Source: Piedraia hortae CBS 480.64
Taxonomy: Eukaryota
DNA length: 64,000 nucleotides
Direction of reading: 5' to 3'
NCBI GenBank assembly: GCA_010093745.1
Contig: MU005993.1
Span: 1 to 64,000, forward strand
Shown here: positions 35,446-46,915 of the stretch, piece by piece
Layout of the letters: the number at the start of each line of letters is the position of its first letter
Position numbering within the stretch: the stretch's first letter is position 1
Position numbers and translations under genes: made by a program
The notes under the pieces: generated by a model
Databases searched by the model: none
Told to the model about the DNA's origin: nothing
What the model saw: the letters and a program-made list of their open reading frames with translations, nothing else

Positions 35446-36184
35446 CTACTTCGATGCCTCTTCCTGTCCACTCAGAAGCGTATAAACAGGAGCATCCAGC
35501 TTATCCCGCCCTTTTAGGAAGTCCAGCTCCATCAAGAAGATAAATCCCATTAGATTCCCGCCCAAGTTACGTACCAACTCGCCAGCTGCTGCTGCGCTGC
35601 CGCCTGCCCAATGGTTAGCAAAGCTGGGCCCTTCACACAAACCCGATACATACCTGTAGCAATAATGTCATCTACGATAATCACATTTTGGTTACGCTTG
35701 ATTGAGTCGCTTTGCATCTGGAACACATCCTCCCCATACTCTTTCTTGAACGTCACGGTTGCACACTCACCAGGCAATTTGCCCTTCTTACGAACGGGAA
35801 CAAACCCAGCACCCAGCCGTAAAGCCAGAGTAGGGCCAAACAAGAAGCCTCTGCTCTCCAAGCCTACAACGACATCGACTTTGTCTTTGCCGCCAGTCAC
35901 AACGTTGAATGCCTGCGCTACTTGGAGCTCGAGGGCTCGAATCAGGCTATTGTGCAATTCATGATTGGCAAATATTGGCATAATATCCTCAAACAGGACG
36001 CCTTTGGAGGGGAAATCGGGAAATTGACGAAGACCTCCACGGAGGCTTGTTTTCAGGCCTGATAAGTTCTTGTAAGACATACGCATTTGCTAAGACAAAG
36101 TCACTGACTGGAGAGTTCCGTGGAGGACGCATTGCCAGAGGGCCTTCCAGTCTCCCCAGAGCCCATTATATCTTCTGAGCTCAT
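35446..36184 (-). CDS. APT1: Adenine phosphoribosyltransferase (3 exons)
   Basis: [30 protein letters not shown], and PRPP motif [12 protein letters not shown]. Confidence 0.95.
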
Positions 36185-36310
36185 GCTGAATTCTTCACTA
36201 ATATCACCAGGCGGGGTGGTGGGGGTTGTGACGCAAACTTCCCTATCCTAACCCTAATTTGGCCCCAAAACAGCATCCAACGTCACCCCCGTTTGACGAC
36301 GACTGCCGCC

Positions 36311-37815
36311 ATGGCTACGCAGGCGGGGAAGAAGAGGAAGCGTGTGGTATCGCTTGAAGAAATGCTGAATCGGGCGTGGTGCTATTACTGCGACAAGGAT
36401 TTTGATGATGTCGCCGTCCTGGTGCGCCATCAGAGGCAAAAACACTTTAGTTGCAGTCGGTGTCCCCGTCATCTAAGCACTGCCGGTGGACTGCGTGTTC
36501 ATATGCAACAGGTGCACAAAGAGGATCTGCTATCAGTTGGAAACGCCCTGCCGCATCGTTCCGAAGTGTCGGTCGAGATTTATGGCATGGAAGGTATTCC
36601 CGAAGATATCCTCAACTCGCATAAGCAGCGCGTTCGCGAAGAATATTATAAGATGGAGGCTGAATATCGCGCTGCCACTGGCAATCCGCTCCCGGGGACC
36701 AAAGTCGAAGAGAAGCCGAAGCGATCTGTTCCAGATACGAACGATGCGAAGAAGCGTCTAGCTGAGTTCCGCGCCAAAAAGGCGGCAGAAAAAGCAGCAG
36801 CTAACGGAACCCCCGGAATAGCAGGGACTCCCGGAGTGGCAAACCATCCTGGAGTGGTAAGCCATCGATCAGCCATGGACGCAGTAGGCTAACAACTTCA
36901 CCAGGTCCCTTCTATACCCGTAGGTACTCCGGCAGCTTCTTTTTCGCCTTATGCTATACCATCTGCTGTCTCTCCGGCGAATGCAGGCGCCAGCCCTTAT
37001 ACGACGCCGCAGCCTTATCCTATGGCCGGCTCTCCCGCCGGACAAGCCCCATATCAACCAGTAAGTGCTCATACGTCTCAATTTATCCTTGTCACTAACT
37101 CAATCGTCTGTAGCCTTATCAGTACTCTCCACCTGGGATGCCACAGGCTTATTCTGCGCCAATACCAGGCATCTCGCAACCATCAATACCTCCGCCGAGC
37201 ACACCATACGGAGCTCTTCCAGCTGGTATGTACGGCGGGCATCCGAATTATCAGGTATCGATCCCTGCTCCTCCAACTATCCCGCAGTTGCAACCACCAT
37301 CCTTGCCCCAGCGACCTGTAGCACAGCCTCCAAACTTGTCCAAGGAGGAAATGGCCAGGATGCATAGTCTCACGTCGACTCCCGCTCACAGCGCTGCTAC
37401 TACAGCTCCACCTGGTTATAACGCAGCTCATACATCTCCACCGGGTCACAACACTGCTAATGCAGCTCTACCTGGTCCCGCCCAAGTTCATATCACGGGA
37501 GACGACGTTGAGGAACTTGTTAGAAGCACTATTGGGCATGACCCATTCCAAAATACGTCGACCCCCAAAGCAACTGAACTTGCCGCCACAAAGGGTCCTG
37601 AGCACCCAACTCACGACGCTGCTATCTCTGACTCGCCAATGGTGGGTGCACCCGCCGTTGATGCCGCTTCCTCGAGGCAGCAAGCCTCAGGCGGTGCAAA
37701 GAAAAAGGCGGAAAAAGGCGGAAAGAAAAGGACTACAAAACTTGTCTATAACGATGACAAGGTAAGCTTCGAAGAAAGGAAAGCAGCTGACCCGAAATAT
37801 GCTCATGTATCGTAA
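36311..37815 (+). CDS. ZNF207/BuGZ-like C2H2 zinc-finger protein (2 introns)
   Basis: WCYYCDKDFDD...HQRQKHFSC...LRVHMQQVH, Pro-rich middle, and C-terminal LVYNDDKVSFEERKA. Confidence 0.88.
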
Positions 37816-37999
37816 CAAACGGCGGCTGCAACAAAGGCTTTTATCAGCCCAGGTGTTGATGGAGGGTTATGTTGTACAGGCTTTAATGAGGATGAAGCTG
37901 TCGATGATTTTCCAAGGCAGCTTATCAGTCAGGTGTGTTCTAACTCTTTTTTCTTTCTGATTCAATGTGGAGTCAAGTTTATCTACACTAACATACCAG

Positions 38000-38617
38000 C
38001 TCCTGGTTCAACCTCAGCGTTGATTGACATGTACGTCTCCGTTTCTCTGATTGTCTTGATGTGATTTGACTGATGAGTTGTTCTTGCTCGAGACCAGTGG
38101 CCCCAAACATGGGGTGGGTAATTAAAAGTTTGGAGGGCTCTTCTCGTGCGTTTGTCACCGATACTGTTACTGCTAACCTCCCAGCTGTTTTGCCGACAAA
38201 TTTGGCAAAGAGAAAAACATTCTCAAAAGACCTTGGTAGAATATTACCCGTTTAAATAGTTCTTCAAGTAGTTTAGCAAAAATGACTTTTATTCTCTCAC
38301 AAATCACAGTCCTCTAGGCTGGTGAGGCACTGGAGAATCCATTTTTCCGTAAGCTCAATATCAAACCTTGGTTACTTATACAGACGCGTATGTTAAGTAT
38401 GGGACATACAGGCGTCAGTCACGCCTTCCATATCTGGAATCGTTTTGCAATCGGTGAGGTATGACTCATTGCCTGGTGTAAACTGCGAGCCGGAAATGAT
38501 TCTTCGCTCATTTATCACGTTACCCAGCACTGGCTCCTTCACCACACAGCATGTCAGATAAAGAAAATTCAGACCTATCGCACACCATGCCAAGTAAACG
38601 AGATGAAATTGAAGATG
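38000..38617 (-). pseudogene. Orphan family B, copy B1 (decayed)
   Basis: PDMEGVT matches SEMEGVT in B3, with an exact shared 14-mer GTCACGCCTTCCAT (38418 and 43672). LTSLEDC resembles SALNDC and RSFENVFL resembles RSARENITL. Several in-frame stops. Confidence 0.55.
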
Positions 38618-40011
38618 TCAATGGAGAAGAACAGAGTCTATCTTCCTCAAGAGGCCCAGTCATTGAACGTTATCTTGATAATGTGGCCGACAACAATAAC
38701 GAAGGGCCCTTGAGTGACTTTCCGTCCAGAAATGTAGGCTTCTGGCAAGCATGCCTATTGCTCTCCCACGGTCCACTTCCTGAAGAATCATCTGGTCAAT
38801 TTTTCGCGCGCGCTTGTCGTATACTTGATCCGGATGCCGAGAACAAACTCCATGATGTTTCGTCCGACGTTCGCATGACTGCATTGATGGCAGGATTGTC
38901 CGAAGATCTACACATATACAGGAGAATGCACGCACAGACGATGCCCACGTCTGACGCTTTCGATGAATTCACACCTTCATGGACATCATATTCATTATTT
39001 ACCCAAAGCATGTTGCCATCAGATGAAGGAGATATGCAGAGCACGTCGACGTTGGTTCAAAGCGAAAGTGAAGATACGCTGCCGCCGCTTGAAGAAGAAA
39101 TGGAGAGCTCATCACCATCGCTTGAAGAAGATACGCAAAACATGTCACCTTCCGTGCAGAGCGAAGGCCAGAACTTGCTCCCACTGCTTGAGGGAGAAGT
39201 GTCAAGCTCACCGCCGTTGCTCCAGAAAATTTTGCAAAGCATGTCGTTGTCGCACGAAAGCGAATGTCCAAATTCACTGCCACAACCTCAAGCAGAAATG
39301 CAACGCTCACCGCAACCGCTTCAAGAAAATTCGCAAAGCACACCGCCGTCGCACCAAGGCAACATGCAAAGCAAACCATCACAGCTTCTACAAAGACGTA
39401 TAATCAGATTCGGTCGCACAAGCATGATAGATCGACTGAACAGGTTGCGTCGTATAAACATGTTACGTCGCATGAGGCTGATCATTAGAAGCGAATCACT
39501 CGTACCTATAAAATCCCGTTCAATCTCCTCCCAGACCAATACCGCCAGTAGGGCGATTATTATCATGAAACGAAGGTCGGAATCCTGCGACATGAGCCCT
39601 GAAGAAATACTTGACTTCTGGAGAACAACGACAGTGTGCTGGCGTAGGTGGTTACGACGGTGGGAGGCAGAGTCCCTGCGCATGGCTGGCTTAGACGTTT
39701 CTCATCGCACGCCGGTGAAGATGGTGAGCAGTTCGTATGCGGAGTTGAAACCTTTACGGGCTGACGGACGGACTTGTCTCTTCAAGATGGATGTTTTTGA
39801 TGGTGGCTTTAGAGCTGAATTAAACCGGGAGCGTTTGAAGATTTTTTCGCTGTCTGACGATGAGTCGTTGGAAGGGCGTCTTGATGAGAAATTAAATGAA
39901 TGCCAATCGGTTGAGGGGGTTGTTGATGAGAACGCGGGTGGACAGGGTGATGAGCAGTCTCCAAATGAGCATTCGCCCGACACATCTCCGAATCATTTTC
40001 TGGAACAATGA
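38551..40011 (+). CDS. Orphan family A, copy A1 (486 aa, internal 11-aa repeats)
   Basis: Intact ORF. N-terminal motif GPxxxESxGxFxAR and C-terminal domain align with A3. Confidence 0.65.
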   Translation: MSDKENSDLSHTMPSKRDEIEDVNGEEQSLSSSRGPVIERYLDNVADNNNEGPLSDFPSRNVGFWQACLLLSHGPLPEESSGQFFARACRILDPDAENKLHDVSSDVRMTALMAGLSEDLHIYRRMHAQTMPTSDAFDEFTPSWTSYSLFTQSMLPSDEGDMQSTSTLVQSESEDTLPPLEEEMESSSPSLEEDTQNMSPSVQSEGQNLLPLLEGEVSSSPPLLQKILQSMSLSHESECPNSLPQPQAEMQRSPQPLQENSQSTPPSHQGNMQSKPSQLLQRRIIRFGRTSMIDRLNRLRRINMLRRMRLIIRSESLVPIKSRSISSQTNTASRAIIIMKRRSESCDMSPEEILDFWRTTTVCWRRWLRRWEAESLRMAGLDVSHRTPVKMVSSSYAELKPLRADGRTCLFKMDVFDGGFRAELNRERLKIFSLSDDESLEGRLDEKLNECQSVEGVVDENAGGQGDEQSPNEHSPDTSPNHFLEQ

Positions 40012-40566
40012 TACGGTACTCTGGCATTTATTTTGAAGGACTTCTAACGCTTTGGCGTGGAATATCATTCATTGTATGTATTTTAGTGGTATTCGCACTT
40101 GATGCCATTTATGGCTATTTAGATATTTCTACGGCGAATATGGACAATCATTCACGGTGCATCGGCGCTCACATACGGATTAAAATTTGACTTTTCCGTC
40201 AAAGTTTTGAGTTACATCATTTTAGCTTAAGGATCGCTATGTATCTCTAAGGTGGGAAGAATGCAAATACTATGTAGGTTAGTGACTTTCAAGTCGCAGT
40301 TCCGTACTCGATTGAGGTAATCTCGTTGTGTGGCAACATCAACCACAGAACATGGTGCACAGTGTACTGGAAGACGCCGTTTAGCACTGGAAAAAAATTT
40401 GATACAATGATGCGTTAGGAACAACTGCTCTCAACTGGCATCATGCTTTACGTCCTTTGTTTCCAACTGCTTATCTTTCCCCTTCGTCTTCCACGGTCAA
40501 GGGTTCAGCCCAATATGTGTAGAGATGCCAACAAAAGAGCCAACCGTCTCCCAATTCAGACATACG

Positions 40567-40758
40567 TCATGCTATCTGTGCACCGGAAGGCGCCAACGAG
40601 TTTATCTCCGAGTTAATCATGGTGATACAAAGCGTCATCCGCGCCTGTAGGCAAAAACTTTCAACCCGGCTACGCGTGCACACGAAGGCATTATATCCGA
40701 CACTCCAGTCAAATCTAAACCCGTGCGCCATTGCAGGTAATAATAGTGCTTGGAACAT
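40567..40758 (-). pseudogene. Orphan family B, copy B2 (5' relic)
   Basis: MFQALLLPAM resembles MLHALEIVAM. SFCLQA/DDALY (frameshifted) resembles IYCLIAVDSVY. Its ATG overlaps the A2 ATG in CATG at 40756-40759. Confidence 0.45.
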
Positions 40759-42930
40759 GGAAGACGACCCTCAGGAAGAAGAGCCCGTCTCAACGCCTGG
40801 GGAGTCTATAAATGCACGCCAGCCCTCTAGGATCAACAAGACTGCCTGAGACGATCGTATGCATGCAGGTTCGGAAAACAACAACGGAGGGTATTTTATC
40901 TCATCAGGTAATTATCCATCCACTCGAACGCCTCAAGCTCCCTGCGCGCCTGGCGGCCTGGTTCCGACTGGTCCTACGTTCAGGCCTGAGAACCGTTTAC
41001 CAACTGCTTCCCGGTCCATGCCTAGGTACGTTCAAATGCCACGTCGGAGTAAGCATCCAATGATTGGCGCATCTATCAGAGCCCTTCGCGCGCCTTGGGA
41101 TCTGTTTCCGACTGAGCCAGTGGCAGGTAACAGTAATGCCAGGGATCAGCAAAGAAACTCGCCAGTCGACTTCGAGCCAATGCCTGGAAATCCATTGACT
41201 ATGCCGCCTCTTAGGATGGACAGGACTGCGAGAGACAATCAATTGCATGCAGCTTCGGGCAACGACAATGTCAATTCTGGACGGCATTCCACAGCATCAG
41301 GTAATCATCCATTCATTCGCCCATCAAGCACTCTGTTGGATTCAAGCATCGCCGCTAGTGCGTATGCGGGCCACTTGCATAGCAAGCCAGCGATACCTCC
41401 TACACTACCAGCTGCACCCTAGGATTTTTCCCCCACAGAGGTTTTCCCTCAGGGTCATGTCATATGTGACATGGCGAATGCGCCCTGCTAGTGTGCGACA
41501 TGATGTTACCGGCCCACCGGTACAGAACATTTATTCCGAACGTCCCCTCATTGAGATAGATAGTCATTCACACTGTCATATAGTCGGAGGATGTGTCACG
41601 TGATGACCATGAACAACGTCCCCTCATGTATGCAGTATATACAACTATACAATCATTCACGTCTTATTGTACTCACACTATCAGTTCGTTCCCTTTAACT
41701 CATATCGACACTGGTGTTGACTCATATCCATCTGCATCTGTCCTGTCCCTGTTGTCAATTTCCGTCTATCGCTTCGTCCTCTTAGTTCGGGCCGCTGCGA
41801 GAGCCTTATCGATATACACTCCACTCACACCTGAGAACCGGTTGTCCAGGCATAGGAATCCACATGAAAACCCGGCGCCTCCCGGTCAAGACAGGAGTTC
41901 CGTCACTCGTCAAAACGAGCGCCCACCAATTCGCTCATCCTTCACTCGGTTGACGACCGTTCCCAGGCCTGACAAACATTCAGCGGACCGGTTACCAACT
42001 GATTCCACGCCCATCGATGATGCATTTGGAACTTTCTTGTCAGGAATCGAAAGGACATCTTTAGTACAACGCCGCTGGCGTGTTGATGGGACCCATTTGG
42101 AAGAAATTCAATGGGCGACCGGAGTTGAGTTGACCGGAGGCCATGGGCAACTAAGGAGCAGGAGGTATGAAATCTTCAGCGCAGTCGAGGTACACCAGGC
42201 CACGGCCCAGGCACTACGGCAGGCCGCAAGGGAAACTACACTACCAACCCCGCATGAACTTGCTGCCACTTGCTTGGTTTGTAATCGGTTGCTTCCAGTT
42301 TTGACCTTCGGATTGGTAGGGTTAAATTCTAGGGAAGAAATGCGTACAGCTTTCTTTTTACCGCCAACATGAGTCTCCATGAGGTACGAAAGACATGCCA
42401 TGCCTTTGCCTGGTTTCTTTGGATAGCTACAAATCGATTGGTATCAAAATTTTGTCCATTCGCGACGATTCCAAGTTTCGCAACTGGCTACAGGTTGATT
42501 ACACGATCGTCGCAACTAGCTGCGAGAAGATCTGAAAATCGCTGCCAGTTGGCGCGGGTTGGCCGTGTTGCTTTGAGCGGGTAATTCAAGGCACGAGCCT
42601 GTGGCAGAGTCCTTCGACCTCTGACGAGCCCTCTGACTCTGAACCCGCCCCTCGCACGAGCCCACACGACATTCGCCGGACGGAAGAATTTTATAAGATA
42701 CTTGCATGAAAGGGAAGATTTTATGAAAGAGCACGGATTGCACTGGAGATTACTAATACCTCAAGAGGAGCAGCATCCGCGTTCTCTTGGATTCAGTTGG
42801 AAATGGGGAATTAGTGTGATGTGCAGAGAGAATCTGGCTGTTGTCTGGCTTGAGGGGGGTTTAAACCCGCAATTGCCTCATCGATATGGATACAACTTAC
42901 GAGATGCATCGTTCGCCTGTCGGTAAGCAG
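40757..42930 (+). pseudogene. Orphan family A, copy A2 (stops and frameshifts)
   Basis: MEDDPQ resembles MEEERQ; WFRLVLRSGLRT...GP resembles WRRELSLRT...GP; EDFMKEHGLHWRLLIPQEEQHPRSLGF resembles RDWMEENGHWWRRLRPDEADHMRSLGF; NLRDASFAC resembles DLRDISVC. Confidence 0.6.
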
Positions 42931-42998
42931 CCGTTGGACCTGTGAGTTAGGCCTGGATCGCACGGTTAGTGTTGCATGCGAAGTAGGCGTATTAAATA

Positions 42999-43205
42999 GT
43001 GTCCGATACCATTCTTTGGAATAAAGCCTATGCCGTGGTAAAAGCTGTTTATGATGCAGTCGCGTTGAAAGACAGCAGACATCTCTGTAAGAGTTGCTGC
43101 TTTGGCGTGCAAGCGGCTGACTCAGTGTATGCAAACGCAGAGGTATCAACTATAACAGTGGTAAGAATTTCTTTGAACCTTACATTGTGGTCTCCATCGT
43201 TTTGA
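42999..43205 (+). pseudogene. Orphan family B, extra inverted fragment (B4)
   Basis: AVALKDS...VQAADSVYAN resembles IVAMTDS...LIAVDSVYAN of B3. Confidence 0.5.
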
Positions 43206-43325
43206 CGTGACCTCGTTGCTAGGCAACAGTTTCCATACATTGAATTTATCGCAAGAACGAATTGTACTACACATCAAGGTAATTTTAGCTGGTTAATGAA
43301 ATACCCGAAGAAAAGCGGCATACAG

Positions 43326-43832
43326 CTAAAAGATCTCCACGTCATTGACAGCAAAATCAATCTGAATTCTGTTAGTTACGCAATGCTTCATTATCGATGG
43401 AACATCACCGACGAGAGTCAGAATGATCGTCTTACGCCGTCGTGCCTTTGAGCGCATTGTGAGAGTAATGTTTTCTCTTGCAGAGCGATACAGGCCGTGA
43501 TTGGTTAGAGGGGATGAATGTAGGTTGTGCGCGCGAAGTTGTTCAACACAATCGTTGAGCGCGGAATATAACCCCTGTCTATCGATAATCTGGTGGATTG
43601 GTGCCCCAATTGTAGGTATTGGATACACCGGACAACGTTGGTGGTTCTCAGACTCAGTGAGTAACGACTTTGTCACGCCTTCCATTTCGGAGAATGATTC
43701 AACCCTGACCCGCTTGACTCGACGCTTTAACCTCCGCATCTCATTTGCATACACGCTATCAACCGCGATAAGGCAGTAGATATTTCCATTGTTCGAGTCG
43801 GTCATGGCTACTATTTCCAACGCATGGAGCAT
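43326..43832 (-). CDS. Orphan family B, copy B3 (168 aa, intact)
   Basis: Open 168-aa frame with protein-level similarity to three decayed copies nearby. Its ATG overlaps an in-frame ATG of A3. Confidence 0.55.
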   Translation of the reverse strand: MLHALEIVAMTDSNNGNIYCLIAVDSVYANEMRRLKRRVKRVRVESFSEMEGVTKSLLTESENHQRCPVYPIPTIGAPIHQIIDRQGLYSALNDCVEQLRAHNLHSSPLTNHGLYRSARENITLTMRSKARRRKTIILTLVGDVPSIMKHCVTNRIQIDFAVNDVEIF

Positions 43833-45291
43833 GGAAGAGGAACGTCAGATGAACGCTATAAGGTCTCTGTACGAGCGAATCGAGACTCTACATGGGAATT
43901 TTCCTGTGCGTCAATGGGGCGATTTGAACCAATATGAGTCATGGAGAAGAGAGTTATCCTTGAGAACCTTTCGCAGGATAATCGAAAGCGGTCCAGTTGG
44001 GATGGAAAGTTTCGGATCGTTTATTGCACGACTTTTATTCGCCTTCGAAAACTGCATGTGTGCTGTTCTTGGATCGGCTCATTCTCCGTCCGCAAATGCG
44101 GATATTTCGTCCAACAGGTCCCCACCGGCTAATCCAGCATCGGCCAATCTTACATCTGCAGATTCACCGTCAACGTTCGAACGGTTATGTCAAATTTTAA
44201 GGTCTGTGTACCATGAGTTGGCTTCTGAAATGCGCCTTCTCGAGCCTACCCCAAGCCATACAAGTCACGCACACCCTTCAGGGATTATTGCAGGTCCAGC
44301 ACGCCTTGAGAGCCTTATGGAATCCACGACAGACGAAGGCAACTCTACTTATTCCTCAAATCACGCAGCAAACCAAAACAGCCATGCAACCTATCCAATC
44401 TCCACGATAGGCCAACGCAGATGTGAAGCTACCCTGGTTCCTATGTCAAACCAAATACGCCTTTCATACCCTTCAATGCCTCCGTTAGCAGAAGATAGCC
44501 CTACACGGTTGCTGAATGCAATGCTCAATCTTGGGGTTCAAGTTTTTAGTTCGAACCTAAGTCCGAACCCTTTGCTAGTTACAGATGTACAGCCTTCGAT
44601 GCCTGCACTAAATCCTATAGATGCTGGGAATTCTGATGTGTCTCTCCAAAGTGAAAACATAAATTTGCTTGGAACGGGAGTGCCGAGAGTTATAACCCCC
44701 TACGACTGGATGCATCAGCCACCTGACTCCGATTCAGCAGCTACAGAGGAATTTCAACCAACTGAAATGGTGCAAAACATGCCTCTACTGAGTTCTCCAC
44801 GGCCGCCTCCGCAGAGACGCAATCGCATAGCTCGATCGCGAGCGTGTGGAGAGTTTTTAGAGGGCGAACGAGTGAATGAGCGAGAACGCTTCATGTCCAA
44901 TCGAAGATTCGAACTCGAAATGATTATCAACGAGGAACGGCATGCATATATATCACGCCAGGCTTTACGTTCCACGCCACGAGGGTACGAACAGCAGCTT
45001 CGGCAGGAGGAAATTGAAGAGGAAGTGCGTGATTGGATGGAAGAAAACGGGCATTGGTGGAGAAGATTAAGACCAGATGAAGCAGATCACATGCGTTCAT
45101 TGGGGTTTGTCGTTGACTTTGACGATCGGTTGTTCATGTGGGAAGGGAATTTCGCGCTTTTGGGTGTTCGTGATCAGAGAGACCTTCGAGATATCTCTGT
45201 TTGCTTCCTCGATATGGACTCCTTTGATGCGCTGCGATGCTCGTGGATACCATCGAGACCGTTGGAAATGTGGACAGTGCGGGAAGCATGA
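43804..45291 (+). CDS. Orphan family A, copy A3 (~490 aa; ATG at 43804 or 43831)
   Basis: Long intact ORF with N- and C-terminal homology to A1 and A2. Confidence 0.65.
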   Translation: MATISNAWSMEEERQMNAIRSLYERIETLHGNFPVRQWGDLNQYESWRRELSLRTFRRIIESGPVGMESFGSFIARLLFAFENCMCAVLGSAHSPSANADISSNRSPPANPASANLTSADSPSTFERLCQILRSVYHELASEMRLLEPTPSHTSHAHPSGIIAGPARLESLMESTTDEGNSTYSSNHAANQNSHATYPISTIGQRRCEATLVPMSNQIRLSYPSMPPLAEDSPTRLLNAMLNLGVQVFSSNLSPNPLLVTDVQPSMPALNPIDAGNSDVSLQSENINLLGTGVPRVITPYDWMHQPPDSDSAATEEFQPTEMVQNMPLLSSPRPPPQRRNRIARSRACGEFLEGERVNERERFMSNRRFELEMIINEERHAYISRQALRSTPRGYEQQLRQEEIEEEVRDWMEENGHWWRRLRPDEADHMRSLGFVVDFDDRLFMWEGNFALLGVRDQRDLRDISVCFLDMDSFDALRCSWIPSRPLEMWTVREA

Positions 45292-45524
45292 TCTTCTCGA
45301 CATTAGGGAGTTCAAGACGCTTTGGCGCTGAATATTAATCTTGTAAAGTTACCCATTGTTGTTTGAAATGAGAATTATCTTGCTTGTTCGTATCTTCCTT
45401 TATCAATATGACATAGTTCTGTGAAAGGAGCAATACACATTGAACCTCTTATATCGGCAAAACGTCCTGCGCTCTAACTGACTGGCAAGTGTAGAATTAT
45501 CAATTATGCCACAAAAATGAACGC

Positions 45525-46311
45525 CTACTCTCCGCCTTTCCTCCCGCGGGCAATGAAAATGGTCCTTCTATGCGTGCCATCCTCCATCTCCAAAACCGCC
45601 TGTTCCTTGACAACGCTGAATTTGAAATCCTTCAACCCTGCCTTCTCGAACAAGGTCTTCATATCTCCTTCCGTGAACCCACTATGCTTGATTGTTTTGT
45701 CCATTTCCTGTCCCATGACCATACCTTTTTGATCAGGCGATATGTCGAACGGCAAGAAGTCGACGATAATCAAGACACCACTCTTTGGCTTCAAGCGCGC
45801 AGAAAGTCTCGCAAGAGCGCGCGGGGGATCTTCGAAGTGGTGAAACCCCAGTCCTACCGCAGCGACGTCAAAGTTCCAAAACTCTTTTCCTTGCAATTCT
45901 GGCCCAGGTTGAGCATCCGATATCAAATCACCAACAACGGCTTGTGCACAATCAGTGCTTAGACCGGCAGATTGTGCAGCTCGGTTATAGGCATCTACCA
46001 TGCGCTCACTCAAATCTATTCCACGGATTTCACTGACCCATGATCCCAGCGCATCAGTTATGGCTCCAGCACCACATGCGTAGTCTAAGAGCCGCACTGG
46101 CGATTTCGAAGCATCATTGACCCAGTCCACGCCCAGCCACTCGCGTCGGGAGCGCAATGCTTCACTAACTTGGTGGCTCAACGCAACTTGCCAAGCTTGC
46201 GAACGGTATGTTTCTGCTAGCGCACTGTGGATGTTGTCAGTTCAACTGGTCGTTGTCGGGATGATAGCCGAACTTGAATGCCTGGCGGTTTGTTTCGGTG
46301 AAAGCACTCAT
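45525..46311 (-). CDS. Class I SAM-dependent methyltransferase (1 intron)
   Basis: Motif I LLDYACGAG, GIDLSERMV, FDVAAVGLGFHH, GVLIIVD. First exon MSAFTETNRQAF. Confidence 0.9.
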
Positions 46312-46799
46312 CTTTCCTCGGACTCGGAGTTGATGCGGTGATATGTTCGTGACGGGTGACGTCAGAGAAGAGCGGGCAAATGGGATGGAACTAGCGTGCC
46401 CCAGCAATCCTTGGCACTCCGCACACCCAATGAATTTCAATTTGAAATTGCTTTTCTAACCAATACCAAGCAACTTTCACAACAACACAATCACACTGTG
46501 ACCTATTGTTCTCCAACGCGGCAGCTTGGTCGATGCATGCTTTCCCAGTCCATCGCAACGCAGGGTAGGGTTCGCATTAGCAATGGAGCCCTGCTTGCAC
46601 TTTTAAATTTATTTAATAAACACAACAGCAAGTGGACCTGAGCAGTCCTGCGCAGTAGCACCATGAGCTTGCAGTGCCCCAAAGAGCTTCCGCCTGAGAG
46701 GCAGCCGCCCACGGATTATGTTGAACGAACAGGTAGTTCCAAGAACGGATGCTGTTAGATTAATTTACGGGCTCTGCCACATTTGGTTTCGTTGCTAGG

Positions 46800-46915
46800 A
46801 GTGATGCAAGAAACCTGACAAGCGTACGCTGGGTGCTACGCAAGAAGCCCCAGAAATTCAAAGCCAGGCTAGTCGCACATGAGTCTACTCAACTCGTCGG
46901 GATCAATCACAACTC
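46800..46915 (+). mobile_element. Ty1/copia RT fragment
   Basis: SVRWVLRKKPQKFKARLVAHESTQLVGIN. Confidence 0.6.

Noticed and set aside
43326..43832. NYN/PIN nuclease assignment for B3
   Set aside because: Only a vague C-terminal resemblance (IILTLVGD); the conserved acidic motifs are not convincingly present.
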